From the human T2T-CHM13v2.0 reference genome, Homo sapiens, in NCBI RefSeq assembly GCF_009914755.1, contig NC_060930.1: a DNA stretch of 64,000 bases; one strand, written 5' to 3'. A program made the translations under genes and the position numbers. This document shows positions 42,040 to 55,120 of this stretch, piece by piece. The notes under the pieces were generated by a model. That model was not told the origin of the DNA and did no database searches. It saw only the letters and a list, made by a program, of their open reading frames with translations. Each line of letters begins with the position of its first letter. Within the stretch, counting starts at the first letter, position 1.

Positions 42040-42480
42040 TAAACTTAATGTGTCCAAAATCAAATTAGTTTATTCTCCAGATCTACTTATCTCATTTATG
42101 TTTATTACTTTTTTTTTTGTCTTAGTGAATGACTGCCATCCAAGCCAGAACCTGGGGTCATCTTTGATTTTTCTTGCCCCCTACATGCAGCCCCCAAATT
42201 TCAGCCTCCACCTGCTTCTCACCCCTATTGCCACTGCCTCAGTGTGGACAATCGCTAACCTGCAGCTGGGCTCTCGTGCATTCTCTAGATCCTCGGAACT
42301 CTTGGCCCTTTTTCCACATCCTGAACCTGCCACTGGTGATCCTTCGAAAATGTGAATCTTGCACGGTTACTGCTCAGTGGCTCCAAATTGCCTACACAAT
42401 AAAATCCAAACTGCTTAGCATAGAAATTGGGACCGTCTATGATCCGGACCTTGATTCCCTCATCAACCTCATTTCTCTCT
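42040..42480 (+). mobile_element. L2 fragment
   Basis: aaacttaatgtgtccaaa...caagccagaacctggggtcatctttga...aataaaatccaaactgcttagcat. Confidence 0.85.
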
Positions 42481-42759
42481 CTATTAAATTGTTCACTGTT
42501 GTTGAACCACTAAATAGGATCTATAGACTGAAGTGTTAAAACAGATACTTAGATTCTACTAAGAAAATACGGTGCGAAATTCATCAGATTTTTCCTTTTT
42601 GTGGAAGCACTTTGAAGAGAGAGAAAATCTTAGGTTTGATTAAGAAACAGTTTTGCTGGTTATAATGGAGCATGGATTTATTTTTTGAACTAAAATTAAC
42701 ATATTTAACAATTCAGAAGATACTGTTGTTAATCAAACAGCTAAAAGTTTATCTGTCTT

Positions 42760-42935
42760 TCTTTCATTGCTCATCAAATATTCAATGAATGCTCGCAAAA
42801 TGCCATCCAATGCAGCGGGCACTGACCGCAGGAAGATAAATGGGTCCTGTTCCAGCCTTCCATGAGCTCACAGTCTAGGGCAGAAAAAGACAATCAAAGC
42901 CACGTGATAGAGTGTGGCTAATCAGAGAAACACAA
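42760..42935 (-). mobile_element. L2 3' end; resumes at ~43815-43960
   Basis: cagccttccatgagctcacagtctagggc; later ttgagctgaaccttgaaagatgagtagaag...cattctaggcaaagg. Confidence 0.75.
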
Positions 42936-43254
42936 ATACATTTTTAGCTGTTTGGTTAATAATGCTATTTTACAAATAGTTAACTGTATTAATTTTATTT
43001 CAAAAAACATTGAAGTTCCATTATAAGCAGCAATTGTTTCTTTTTTTTTTACTTGTATGATCTTTATTATAACCTCCATAATAACCTGTACTTACAAAAA
43101 TAAAAAATAAAAATGTAAGTTATAGGAACAGTATTCTCCGAATTATTTGACATTTAAGACCACTGACAAAAGGAATCACTAGAGATGTTTCTTAATCAAA
43201 CCAAAGCACCTGGCTTAACCTAGCTTGTGTTAATTACATCTCTATATCACATGT

Positions 43255-43812
43255 ATATCTCAGGTAGTAAAAACCTCAGGTAAAACTCACTTGAGAAAAA
43301 AGAGGTTTATTGTTTTACAAAAAGGAAAATTTCAGGGTGGGGGTTGACATTGACGTTTAGTTACAGTTTGATCCAGGTACCCCACTATGTTCTCAATTTC
43401 ACTCTCCTTCTCTCAACTACAGTTACATCGCTGTTTGTTTTTCATACATCGACCATCCTCATGCAGTGACAAGTACTGACACTAGAAACTCCAGGCTTTC
43501 ATTTAATCAGTTAGTCAACTTTATAGAATCAAAGAAACCTTTATAGTAATTCTGTAAAACGGTCCCAGATGATTGAACGTTCCTGAACTTGCTTGGGTCA
43601 AATGCCTACTCTTGATCCAAACATGTAGCTAAAAGAATACAAAGTACTGATTGATCAACATTATCCTCCTAAGCTCGGGGTCAAGGCATGGGGTAAGCTT
43701 ACTCCAAACAATGCAGGCTGAAAGTACAGAAACAACAGTTCCCCAGGGGAAATTTACCAAAATAAAGAGGAAAAGATGTTGGACAGGCAAGAAACAAAAT
43801 ATAGTTATTACT
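43255..43812 (-). mobile_element. MLT1K-like LTR inserted in L2
   Basis: gcttgggtcaaatgcctactcttgatccaa...gtactgattg...gttccccaggggaaat...gatgttggacaggcaa. Confidence 0.7.
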
Positions 43813-46549
43813 GTGCTTGAGCTGAACCTTGAAAGATGAGTAGAAGTTATCCAAGTAGAAGAGATGATGAAAGTCATTCTAGGCAAAGGTAGCAGATATG
43901 GAAAGACAGAGCATAAGAACACATGGAACCCTCAGGTACCTTTTAAAATTATTTCAATTTGATAGAATAGGTGTGGATATATTGCAAGTTAGAGATCCGG
44001 ACATGTTGATTGAAATTGTAATGAGTCGCACTGGAGAGACAATGTGAAGTACTTTTAAGTTTCAGTAATCTTTTGGGGAAGACTTCACGTGCCAGAAACA
44101 CAAATACTTTTAACATTTCAGTAATATTATTACTAACGATTAGGTAAAGCCATCTTCTGAAGAATTACGACCCTTGTATCTTTGTCCTTTGCACCCAGTT
44201 GTGGTCAAATGGCTAAAGATGGGTTTCTGACTTAAAAGCAAGCTGGGATACAATCTCTCCCTTTAGAGAACCCCCATATAGGTGGGTCGTTTGCCAGGTC
44301 CATCAGATCAGCACTCTAGGGAGAATTAACTAGTAACAAGTAGACCTAGAGCGGTAGGAGAAGAGGCAGAGAGTGGCTGAATAACCTCAATGGCAAGAAC
44401 TAGAGATGGGGTGACAAGAACACAGCTACTAAAGCTGTGGTGTGTCTTAAACCAACATTCCAGTTCCTGCAATAATATTCTGGGTTCTGCTGTGCAGATG
44501 GAGTCGCTGCTGTTGCTGTCCTTTGTGTATCTCTACAATGAACTCCTAATCTTATGGTCACCCCGGAGGGCCTCTGTTTCTTGCTACCCAAAGGAACTCA
44601 AACAATTTAAGACCCTGACATGTGTCAATCCACAGTCTTCATGATAAACTGAAGGCATTGGAAAAACTGAAGCATGTTATTGTAAAAATTCATGTTAAGT
44701 TTATGTTTCCCAATTAATTAAGCAAAGGAGTACACCCTAAAATGGAGGAAGGAGAAGTGAACAAACTACTCCATTTCTTCCATGTACATGGGAAAGTTTT
44801 GCTACTCTCATTAAAACAGAAACTCTTATTTTCAGCCTCTTCATTTGGTAACAATAAAATATTTTTACAACCAAACAATGCTTTAGAGATCATGGCAGCA
44901 AACCCAGGATTTCAGTCTTCTTGATACAGGTGTTACTGCTGTAATGTCAACAGTAGAGTTCAGATACGTCTAAGAAGAAAAGCAAATCCAGCACCCAGTC
45001 TGAAGATGCCTATAAATAACACATGGGTGAGTCACACCTCCAAGGGTCTCAAGATCCTTATTTGTATTACAAAATGATGTATTTCAGTCTATATTTTAAA
45101 TCTGAAGCTTGCAATATTCTATTTGTCTTTAACTGTAGAAAGGTTAATAATTCTGCCATGAAATAAGTGAGTGAAAAAAATTTCCTGAAAATTAATTTAC
45201 ATATTGATTTTTGCAAATGCATTTTACTAAGAACCACGATAGTGATGAGTTAAAAAAAAATCATTGTCCTTATATACCACACCAAATAATTGCTCTTCTA
45301 AAAATGTAATTTCAACACACGCAAGAATCTAATGCATTTTTCTCTTCTTGTTCTATGAAAGAGGCACCTGGAAACAGCTACACCAGAGACACAACGGGTG
45401 ACTTTCACAGACAATTCAACTTTGGGGCATACTCTGGATTTGCAATTGTGCAGCTTCTCTCCCCACAGGTTATTATGATGAGGTCAAAACATTTACATTT
45501 ATATTTGTTATCTGGAAGAGATAATTAGATATTTTCACTGCAAAATAATTTACATTAATGGGCTGTAACCTTCAATATGTAGTTTTAAACTGCGCATTTA
45601 AATAATAGAATATCTGTCTCCCTTAATTTTACCGTAATTGTCTCCATGCAGTAGCTTTATTTTTCTTCTCAAAAACACATCCTAACACATCCTAGGCTTA
45701 AAAAACATCCTAAATGTCTTTAGTTTATGAGTTTGAAATTTTGGGACAGGTAAAACAACAAGCTTGTTCAGAATTTTACTAAATTTGTAGTAAGCAAAAT
45801 GAAAGTGGCTGTGAAGTAAAAACAACAACAGAACTGCAGCTCTGGCTGAAGATCTAAGGACTGTATGTGGGACAAACTTGTCCTCCTGGGGCATGTGGCA
45901 TAAGGGAGAAATGTAGGGATTTATTGCTTTAGTCATTTCTGTGTATAATCCAAAATACTTATCAGATGTTAATTAGAAACAAATTTGCCTTACTTAATTA
46001 TATAACCTAAATTTATTCTCAGCCTATGTCAATAACTACCAGTTATTGGTTAACAACCAGTTTTTATAAATTGTGCACTGAATATTTTGTCCGTTCACTC
46101 CCCACTCCGCCAACTGTTCCATCAGCCGTGATCTATGGGCTGAGATAGGTTCACGAGATAGAGAGAGTAATAGCCCTCAAGGAATTCAGTTTAGAATACT
46201 TCATATCTACCATCTATAGATGGGCTTTGTCCTAGCAGATTCTTAGCACCAAGATTTACAATTACAAAATTGATTGCCTGTAATAAGGGCTTCTGAAATA
46301 TAAATGGGATGCTCCCACTGAAGAAATGTAGGCTTAGCCTGAACAATTCTTTAATTAGAAATCAGAAGTGAGTGTCCCTATGCTCAACTGATATTGGTGA
46401 AGTTGGGTATGATTTAAACTATTTGTTTTATGCCCTCTTTTTACAATAATTTAGGAAGTATTGAAAGATTCCAATTTCTTGTGAGTTGAGATAGACAATA
46501 AAATATACAAATAGGCAAAGTTCTTTAGTAATCTGCATCAAAATATTTC

Positions 46550-46730
46550 AGGCTTTTGCGTCAGAAGACACAACTTCTAGGTAAGCTAATATGGAAAAAA
46601 TGACCTTTCTAAGTTACTTAACTTTTTAGAGGTTCAGTTTCCTTGTTAATAAACATGTGCTGTTATCGGTGACATTAAACAAATATTATATGTCACTATG
46701 ATGTGTGTGTGTGTATAAGCACCATGGAAA
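46550..46730 (+). mobile_element. MIR
   Basis: tgacctttctaagttacttaactttttagaggttcagtttcctt. Confidence 0.65.
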
Positions 46731-47166
46731 TGCATATATATATAAACACTAAGGCTGCAATAATGATAATAATAGTAATAATAGATGATCCCCACATAAG
46801 GTCTTTAGGGAATGTTCAAGATAAAATGCTAATCATTCAATCTTCAACTGCTCCCAGGGCTATATTCTTTGTAGCTTCTTTCCTAATTATGCTTTTTCCT
46901 AAGTAATATAAACATTCCCCAGCAAACCTGCTTACACTACTAATTAGTCACATCTGGAATAAAGTATTTGCAAAGATAAGAGTCAACAAATAGCTCTCTA
47001 AATTATGAAGGCCTTTTGAAATTAGTAGACTCCGAAAAACGTGGTTTGATTCTACAGAGTATTACATTCATTCTATTAATGCTTAATGTGTACCATTTAA
47101 AGCAAGAGGCCACTTTTTCATATTCTAAAAAGCCTCTAAGTAAAGAATGCACATCTCTAATGGTAC

Positions 47167-47520
47167 TACTATGGTCTGAATGTTTGCATCCCTCCAAAGT
47201 TTATATGTTGAAACTTAATCTCCAAGGTGATGGTAATGGAAAATGGTGCCTTTGGGGGGTGATTAGGCAGAGCTCTCATGAATAGGATTAATGCCTTTAT
47301 AAAAGAGACTTCAGAGAGCTAGCTTAGCCCCTTGTACCATGTAAGGATGCATGAGAAAGTGCCGTCTATGAAACAGGCAGTAGGCCCTCCCCAGACACCA
47401 AATCTGTTGGTGCCTTGATTTTGGACTTTCCAGCCTCCAGAACTATAGGAAATAAATTTCTGTTGTTTATAAGCCAGCCAGCTAATGATAATGTCATAGC
47501 ATCCCAAACAGACCAAGAAA
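47167..47520 (+). mobile_element. MLT1A-type solo LTR
   Basis: tactatggtctgaatgtttg...ttggactttccagcctccagaact; perfect TSD GGTAC (47162-47166, 47521-47525). Confidence 0.95.
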
Positions 47521-48124
47521 GGTACTTTTAGTTTCATTTGTTGTTAGCACTCAAAATATCAGTAAAAATCCAACTCACTGACCAGTACCTAGATCTCTGT
47601 ATTGCAAGGGTTCTTTTACAGTATGAATGAAGTTGCCTTGAAGGTGATTTTGTTCCCAGCCTTTCTGTGGCATTTACATTCTAGATTGAGCTATCGTAAT
47701 TAATTGAATATTATTCATCAGATGATTGTGACTTTGGGCTATTTTTCCTGCAGGTGGCACCTGAGCAGCTCTTACTAGATCATTGTGATTGGGTAAGGGC
47801 ACCATTGAAATTCCTACTCTGCTGAAATTCTGTTCTGGCAACTTTGTTTTTACACACATGTTTCTTGTCTATATAGAACCTGTAACTACACTTTTGTAAT
47901 TCAAATTCTCTTCAATTAGTCTGATACCATAGAATTACCTTCAGCCTAAAAACGAATATCTGGCATTCCCAATGTAGGAAGCAAATTGAATTGAATTGCA
48001 CTAGTCATAAAAGTCACCTTCAAAATACTGTGGTCATCACTTGTACGGGTTCCTAGATTGTAAGGATTTTAATATATTTAATGTGAGAAATGTGTGCTTT
48101 CTAATCCAGCCTTTGCCTAGCCTT

Positions 48125-48585
48125 CAAATCACATTTACTGCATGCCAGCATCCCAGGTGCTGTTTGAGGCACTAGGGATATACAGGGGCCCTGTTCTTCA
48201 GCATTGTGTTTTTGTATGGTGAAATAGACAACAGAAAGTTTAAAAAATAAAAATAAACATGACAATATTAGATAATGAAAAAAATGTAATGAAAAATTGA
48301 AGAGACTGTATATGTGTGAGAGAGATTAGTCAGTTTGGAGTTTGGGGTTAATGTGATTGAGAAATCAGGCCTTGAGATCATAATCCAGCCAGAGGATTTC
48401 AGGAAGACGGAAGCGTCAGAGGAACATCTTGGGAGGGAAGCTGAGCTGGCTGGGTTCTAGGGACAGGGAGATGCCAGAGGGACCTTCACATGAGAAAGGG
48501 GAGCTTCCGAGGAAATGAGGTTAGAAAAGTGAGGTCTGCAGACAAGGATAAGAAGTTTGGATTTCGTAGAACACAGATCTGCAAT
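48125..48585 (-). mobile_element. L2 3' part
   Basis: ccaggtgctgtttgaggcactagggatataca...gataagaagtttggattt. Confidence 0.7.
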
Positions 48586-48919
48586 GAGCTTGTTCTTTTT
48601 TTTTTTTTCCTCCATATGTTCTTCTGTACATTTGTTTCAATTTATTTAGTAGAATTATTTTTTGTGTTTCGATATGAAAAACTTAAATCCAATAGTATCT
48701 ATGTGAAGAGTTGTGAAATAACTAACTTTGGGTAATTAATATATAATTAAATGAATTATTCATATCTTCAAGTGTTACTGGACATTGGTAAGCAGAATGG
48801 TCATAAAATTTAAAAATATCAATTTGTACTATTATAATACTGAGAATATAATTGTTAAAGGATGTGGAGAAACAGTGAGATTTACAGAATAAGGGCTTTA
48901 GAAACTGAATTCACGAAAA

Positions 48920-49935
48920 GAATTCATGAAAAGATGTTCAATATCACTAGGAATCAGGGAAACGAAAATCAAACCACAGTGAGGTAACATGTTGCGCTCT
49001 TATTTGCAAAAATTAAATATCTGACTGCAACAACTATCGTTGAGGTTTGCAGTGGAAACTGTCATTCAATGCTTGTAAGAATATAAATTTGAACAAGTAT
49101 TTTGAAGTTCAATATGGCATATTTAGTAAAGTTTAAAAAATACACATCCTCTGATTGAGTCATTCTGCCTGTAGGTATAGGGGCATAAACCTAGGGAGAC
49201 ATAAGCAAGGATGTTCACTGCCCCTGAGATAACTCAGAAACAATCTAAATAATCACTTCCAGGAGGATGCATGAAAGAGATGTATTTATGCCATGGAACA
49301 TGATAGAGAAGTGAAAATAAATGAACTAGCACTACATGTATCAACATAGATACTCTCACAAACATCGTATTAAATTAATAAACATAGTTTTGGAAAAATA
49401 CATATGGTATTGTATTAGTGTGTTCTCACACTGCTATGAAGAAATACCTGAGACTGGGTAATTTATAAAGAAAAGAGCTTTCATTGGCTCATGGTTCTGC
49501 AGGTTGTACAGGAAGCATAGCAGCTTCTGCTTCTGGGAGGCTTCAGGAATGTTCCAATTATGGCAGAAGGTGAAGGGGGAGAGAGGCACTTCCCATGGTG
49601 GGAGCAGGAGCAAAAGAGAGCAGGGACGTGCCACATACTTCTAAACAATCTAAACAATCGGATCTCGTGAGAATTCACTCATGATCACAAGAACAGCGCC
49701 AAGAGGATGGTGTTAAACCAGGAGAAACTGCCCCCATGATTCAATCACCTCCCACCAGGCCCCACCTCCAACATTGGGGATTACAATTTAACATGAGATT
49801 TGGGTGAGGACACAGATACAAACCATATTGGGTATGATACAAATTCTGTAAAGCTTTAAAAATACAAAACGTAATATATATTGCTCAGAGGTATACATAA
49901 GTGGCATAATGCAGGGAAGTGATAACAATTTCTGT
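48920..49935 (+). mobile_element. L1ME3-like 3' region interrupted by MSTA
   Basis: atgaaaagatgttcaatatcactag...aatgaactagcactacatgtatcaacat. Confidence 0.85.
49411..49830 (-). mobile_element. MSTA-type solo LTR
   Basis: tgtattagtgtgttctcacactgct...caatcacctcccaccaggccccacctcc; perfect TSD GGTAT (49406-49410, 49831-49835). Confidence 0.96.
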
Positions 49936-50183
49936 TTGTCACAGGAAAGAATAATCACATTACAATTTCTGTTTGAGCATTAACTTTTGCCAATTTGTCA
50001 ACAACTCTGTCAAATTAATCATGTTTGCATACTCACGTTCAGCAGAGAGTAGGCCCAAATCTGTTCATTTATCATTATCAATAGCTAATTGAATAATGCT
50101 TTTTATTAATTTTAAAATTTCTTTCACTTGAAGTAAAAGATATAGCAAAAGTCTTCAAAAATAATGATATGTTTGGCAGAGAT

Positions 50184-50464
50184 TATTTTTGAGACAGGGT
50201 CTCTCTTTGTCACCCAGGCTGGAGTGCAGTGGTGCACATGGCTCACTGCAGCCTCAACCTCCTGGGTCCAAAGGCTCCTCCTGTCTCAGCCGCCTGTGCA
50301 GTTGGGACTACAAGCGTGCACCACCATGCCTGGCTAATTTTTGTATTTTTTGTGGAGATGGGGTTTCACCATGTTGTCCAGGCTGGTCTCGAACTCCCAG
50401 GCTCAAGCAATCCTCCTGCCTTGGCCTCACAAAGTGCTGGGATTACAAGTGTGAGCCGCTGGCC
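50184..50464 (-). mobile_element. AluJ (Jb-like)
   Basis: gctcactgcagcctcaacctcc, ggctcaagcaatcctcctgcc; short tail. Confidence 0.93.
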
Positions 50465-51384
50465 TGCTTCACATTTTAAATGCCATGAAAACTGAAAGTG
50501 ATCATGGAATAACAGAATTGGAGCAACTCAATTAAATTGTTTCATTTTTTTCCCACCACGCTTTCAATTTTTATTGTAAATCTGCCGGTTTTACTACAAG
50601 GTTTGAAAACGTTAACGGAGTCCAAAGTAAGCTTGTATTATCCCAAAACTTTGCAAACTCACTCTCCAAACTGACACATGTAGCTGAGTTCTCTGAAATA
50701 ACCGTCCTGTCGGATACAACTTATGTTAAGGATAAATAGTAAAAATATGCTTCTTTGGAGTTCACAGATAGATTATTAAAGCTTCATACTAACAGAACTC
50801 GAACCAACAAATGATTGTTTTAAGAGAGTATGTTAGCACTGAAGTAGTTTAGAATTACACGGTCATGGTGATAATAAAAAGCAGGCTGGCTTTTTGTGAG
50901 TTTGTTATTATTTGGAAATTTGATACAGACAACATCCCCTCTCTTTGTCTGCACTCAGGAGAGCCCCCGTCTGTAGTACACCATAGATTGATCTGTGAAC
51001 TTGCTGTGTTCTTTTCCATTTTTGCTTAAGTCTTTCTCTTTCCTGATCTCCATATCCCGACTATCCATCCTCTCGAAGTCTACTTTTAATCCCTTTCTTC
51101 TGCTAAACCTTCCTGAACCCAAAAATGACAGCAAGCTTTCCAGCACTGGACCTCTGAAGACACTATCCTCTACCATACATAGTACGGTTGATGCCTTCCT
51201 AGAATTGCCTTCCATTTTTAATACACTTTTAATCTTCAGTAGTCATATTAGAAAGTTGCAGAGACTATCACTGTATTTTCATAGGTCTTTTGAAAACCTT
51301 CTTGACTGATGCAAAGGACAGGAGTGAAGAGAGAAAGGACTTCAATTACATAGCCATTATATTTGTGCAGAATGAGTAAGGCAC

Positions 51385-51571
51385 ATTTTCGTAAGCCAAA
51401 AATCACTCAGGAAAAGACTCAGAATGCAGACTCCCTGCCCCCACCCGAAGAGACTCGGACCCCCATTATCCCGCTGCAGCAGGAATTTCATATTTTAATC
51501 AGTGATATTACCCCCAACCCAGCAGCTGACATTGATGCAGGTGATCCTTGGACCCAAACGGGAAAAACACT
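51385..51571 (+). mobile_element. MER5-family (hAT-Charlie) fragment
   Basis: aatgcagactccctgccccc...aggaatttcatattttaa...gatgcaggtgatccttggacc...aaacact. Confidence 0.6.
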
Positions 51572-52245
51572 TTCTCAGGGGAACTGGTATTTTGTATTGG
51601 ACGTAAGACACTAAGGACTTTAGGGTATTCCCAATCTTGATTAAACCGACCCTGGAATGATAAAGTGAAGCTATTGTCCAATTCCATTTATGTTAGTAAA
51701 CAAACATTAGAATAAAATAATGATTGAGAAAATGTTTGTAAACCATTTGGTGCAATGCAAATATGGCTACTAGTTTTACATTGAGGATGGTGGTTGACAA
51801 AATATTATTGTGTATGTTTTGGATTAAAAAATAGGGGGGTGGGGTAGGATCATTGGTTCTGTAGTGTGACTCTTGATGATTTCAATAAATGTGTTTATAC
51901 CAATTCATTAATGGTGTGAAATTGATGTGGGCCAAATCCCTGTCTCAGAGGCAGTGCTGAATGCTTTCTCAATGCCCTCAAACAAGTTTTCAAAACCTGC
52001 AAAAATGTCTGCAGAAAGTGGAAAGGGGAAATTAAATTTAGTTTTGTTTGTAAATAAGAAATATTCTGAATCCAAACACATATGCTCTATGCTAAACTCT
52101 TACCAGATTAGCATAATCAGAAAGTTGAATTTGTTAATTCTAGATCAAGGAAGGAGTTCTAATCCATGTGTTTCTTTGCACAATTTGAGGACCTATTACA
52201 GACTCGGACAGAACATGCTCATTTGCCATTTTAATCATGGCATTC

Positions 52246-52544
52246 TTTTTGTTGTTGTTGTTGAGATGGAGTCTTTCTCTGTCACCCAGGCTGGAGTGCA
52301 ATGGTGCCATCTGGGCTCACTGCAAGCTCCGCCTCCTGGGTTCATGCCATTCTCCTGCCTCAGCTTCCAAGTAGCTGGGACTACAGGTACCCGCCACCAC
52401 GCCCAGCTAATTTTTTGTATTTTTTTAGTAGAGATGGGATTTCACCGTGTTAGCCAGTATGGTCTCGATCTCCTGACCTTGTGATCCACCCGCCTCGGCC
52501 TCCCAAAGTGCTGGGATTACAGGTGTGAGCCACTGCACCCGGCC
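52246..52544 (-). mobile_element. AluY
   Basis: tgcaagctccgcc, ttcatgccattc, caccgtgttagcc; TSD catggcatt on both sides; tail partly (TTG)n. Confidence 0.96.
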
Positions 52545-54199
52545 CATGGCATTTTTATGGAGCACAACTCATCCAAAGTTGTCTTTGCTTCCCTGAAAGC
52601 AGTGAAGGTCTCGATGGCCCACTTTGAGGGAGATGGAGGAGACATGGGGGCTGTTTCATGTGCAATATTAAACAGCAATTTGTGATACAAGGTGGAGAAG
52701 AATATTGCATTCTTGTGTGGAGAGGAAATAAAGAACATGATCTCCTCGAAAGAAACGGGACTAAAACCAATGCCGTGCTTGGGTTAGGGCAGCGGGAGGA
52801 TGTGACTGTGTCTCCAGTGGGAGAGACTTTCCTCCAGTAGCCATTGCCAGCTGCCTCGCTGATGGCCATTCAGCAGTGACCCTGAGCACGGGCACCTGCC
52901 CTGATTCCCAGCCATGCCAGTGGAGCTTCCTTCAAGGTCTTCCCTCCTACGAGTGAACCAGCTTAATCTGGGCTTAGCATGGGAACCGGAAGGTGGGAGG
53001 TGGATGAAAGTAATTGGCAGGTGAAAGGAAAAGCAACCTCAGGGTAAGGCCACGGCTGGGAGCCTGAGTTTCCGTCCTGCGGTGACTTTAATGAGTCTCC
53101 TCTGGTTGACTTGCAGCCCTGATTAAATACCATTCCTGATGAATGAGCCGGCACAGTCCACGCTGGGACGTCGTGTAGTGCAGGTGGAAGTCAGAAGGGC
53201 ATGTTTAAGGACATTATGCAGGTCACACAATGACGAAGCCCAGGGAAGAGCACAAATGTCAGGAAGCCGTTTGCCTTCCCACTAGGAAACTGCACTCCAC
53301 TCTTCTTCCAGGAAGGTGACGTTCCTCCCACTGTCCTGTTTTCCTCCCCAGGCTTAGCAGCTCACCGCATACTGCGCACTTCAGGGTTCTGAGGTATCAG
53401 GACCTGATATCCTCTGGCTCACACTTGATCTACTTAGGCTTCTTAGGAAATGACCTGTTTTATACATGCATATTTTCTAAGTAGACATCAAAGCTTCCTT
53501 TTTAGCATGGTAAAATTTATTAAATTATAATACTTCTTTTTTTTGCTCTTTACTTGCTTTGCTTTTTTAAAATATTAAAATATTATACTTCTTTTTAGCC
53601 TACGACACATGACTTAAGTAATTCCTTCATGACTCAGGCTCCTTCCTACCTTTGGCTGTGAGTTATTTTGTGGTGCCAGCAAATAGCAATGCAATGTTTG
53701 CCCTGACTTGAAATTGTCCTTCTCCCTGGGCCTTTGAACACTTCTGCTTGATTTTTATGCTTCCTTGGCTCTTTCCATCACTTTCTCTCCTTGCTCAAAG
53801 TGATGCTGCGCAGCTTCCATTCTTCTCTCTCTTCTAATTTGATTTTTAAATAGGCCACATGACCAGACTGTTTTTCAGAGTGTATGTAAAGTAAGGATGA
53901 ATGAGGATCCAGGTGACAACTGATGAACTAATTCATAATGAAACACATGACTTTTCAAGTCATCCATAATGAGAGACCAGACAACTATTTTACTTCCCAG
54001 TTGGATTCATTTTCAATGCAAATAGTTGAGGCTTCTGGTTAAGTAGGCCTTCAAACAAGTAAGATGGGGCTGGGTGATGTCACCTTCTAATTTTTTGATT
54101 ATTGATATAATCCCTTCAGAACAGGAACTGAATGACATGTATATAGTTTGTATTAATATTAGTAGTGCCTAGGCCTTATATGACATACATATTTAAAGG

Positions 54200-55120
54200 A
54201 AATATTAAAATATTTTCAATTGCAACATGAAATATTTCTCTGGAAGATACTCACCCACGAAATGATCTATGTATACTTCTGTCCACAGCGGCATTGTTTC
54301 GAGTGGCAAAAGGCTAGAAGCAACTTCTATATCCTAGAGAGGGGCAGTCTGAAGCAACCGTGAGCCACCTTTCCAATGGACTAGTGAACAGTTGCAAAAA
54401 TAGAAGCAAAAAGAAGGATGTTCTGTGTGACTTCTGCAGTGCAATTTCTGATCTGGTGACAAGACTGCTGTAAACAGCTGGCCCACAGTGCATCCATGCA
54501 ATGGAGGCTGATCTCTAGTTCTTCTGGTTGGTGGGCAGCTCTCCCATGGGGACTGCACCCGTTTTCTCTTCTGATCCCATTGTCCTCTAAGGCCTCGTTG
54601 TCTGCATCGAGCTGATGGAATGGAACAGAGGCATGGTAGAGGCAGAGTTGTTTCTGAAAGTCTTTGACGTGAAAGCGCGCATGCCTTCTACTCCCATTCT
54701 ACATGAAAGAACTGCTCATATGTACATATTCAGATTCAAGGAAGGCTGGGAAATGCGATTCTGGCTGAGCAGCTGCTTTTGAACTGTGACTGTTTCCTAG
54801 GAAAGGAGAGAATACGTTTGCTGAACACCTAGCTGCCTCTGCTACCATCTCATTTACTTATCATTACATGAAAAAGCAAGATGCATAATATTGTTACTGT
54901 GCCGGCTATTTGTCTAAAGAGGCGTGGCGTATATATCTGTACCTATATATGCAGCTCCCATGCTGACCTATGGGAGAGGACTTTTGGGAATTAGTAAATG
55001 GGAGATGAAACAGAAGAGAAACTTCACTACACTGTATACTCTCGTAGGTGTTTGAGATGCTACCAATGGAAATTAAATTACCTACTCGGAGAGCAAAATA
55101 AATTTAAGATGTTAAAAAAA
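54200..55120 (+). mobile_element. Old L1M 3' region split by an MLT1 LTR
   Basis: gcggcattgtttcgagtggcaaaaggctagaagcaac...tgaaaaagcaagatgcataata. Confidence 0.6.
54445..54847 (-). mobile_element. MLT1I/J-like LTR
   Basis: caaggaaggctgggaaatg...ctggctgagcagc...ctagctgcctctgctacca. Confidence 0.7.

Noticed and set aside
46210-46223. 14-bp perfect palindrome CCATCTATAGATGG
   Set aside because: About four such palindromes are expected by chance in 64 kb.
51927-52484. 185-aa ORF, the longest in the window
   Set aside because: GTG start, and the C-terminal part is antisense Alu translation; no domain or exon signature.
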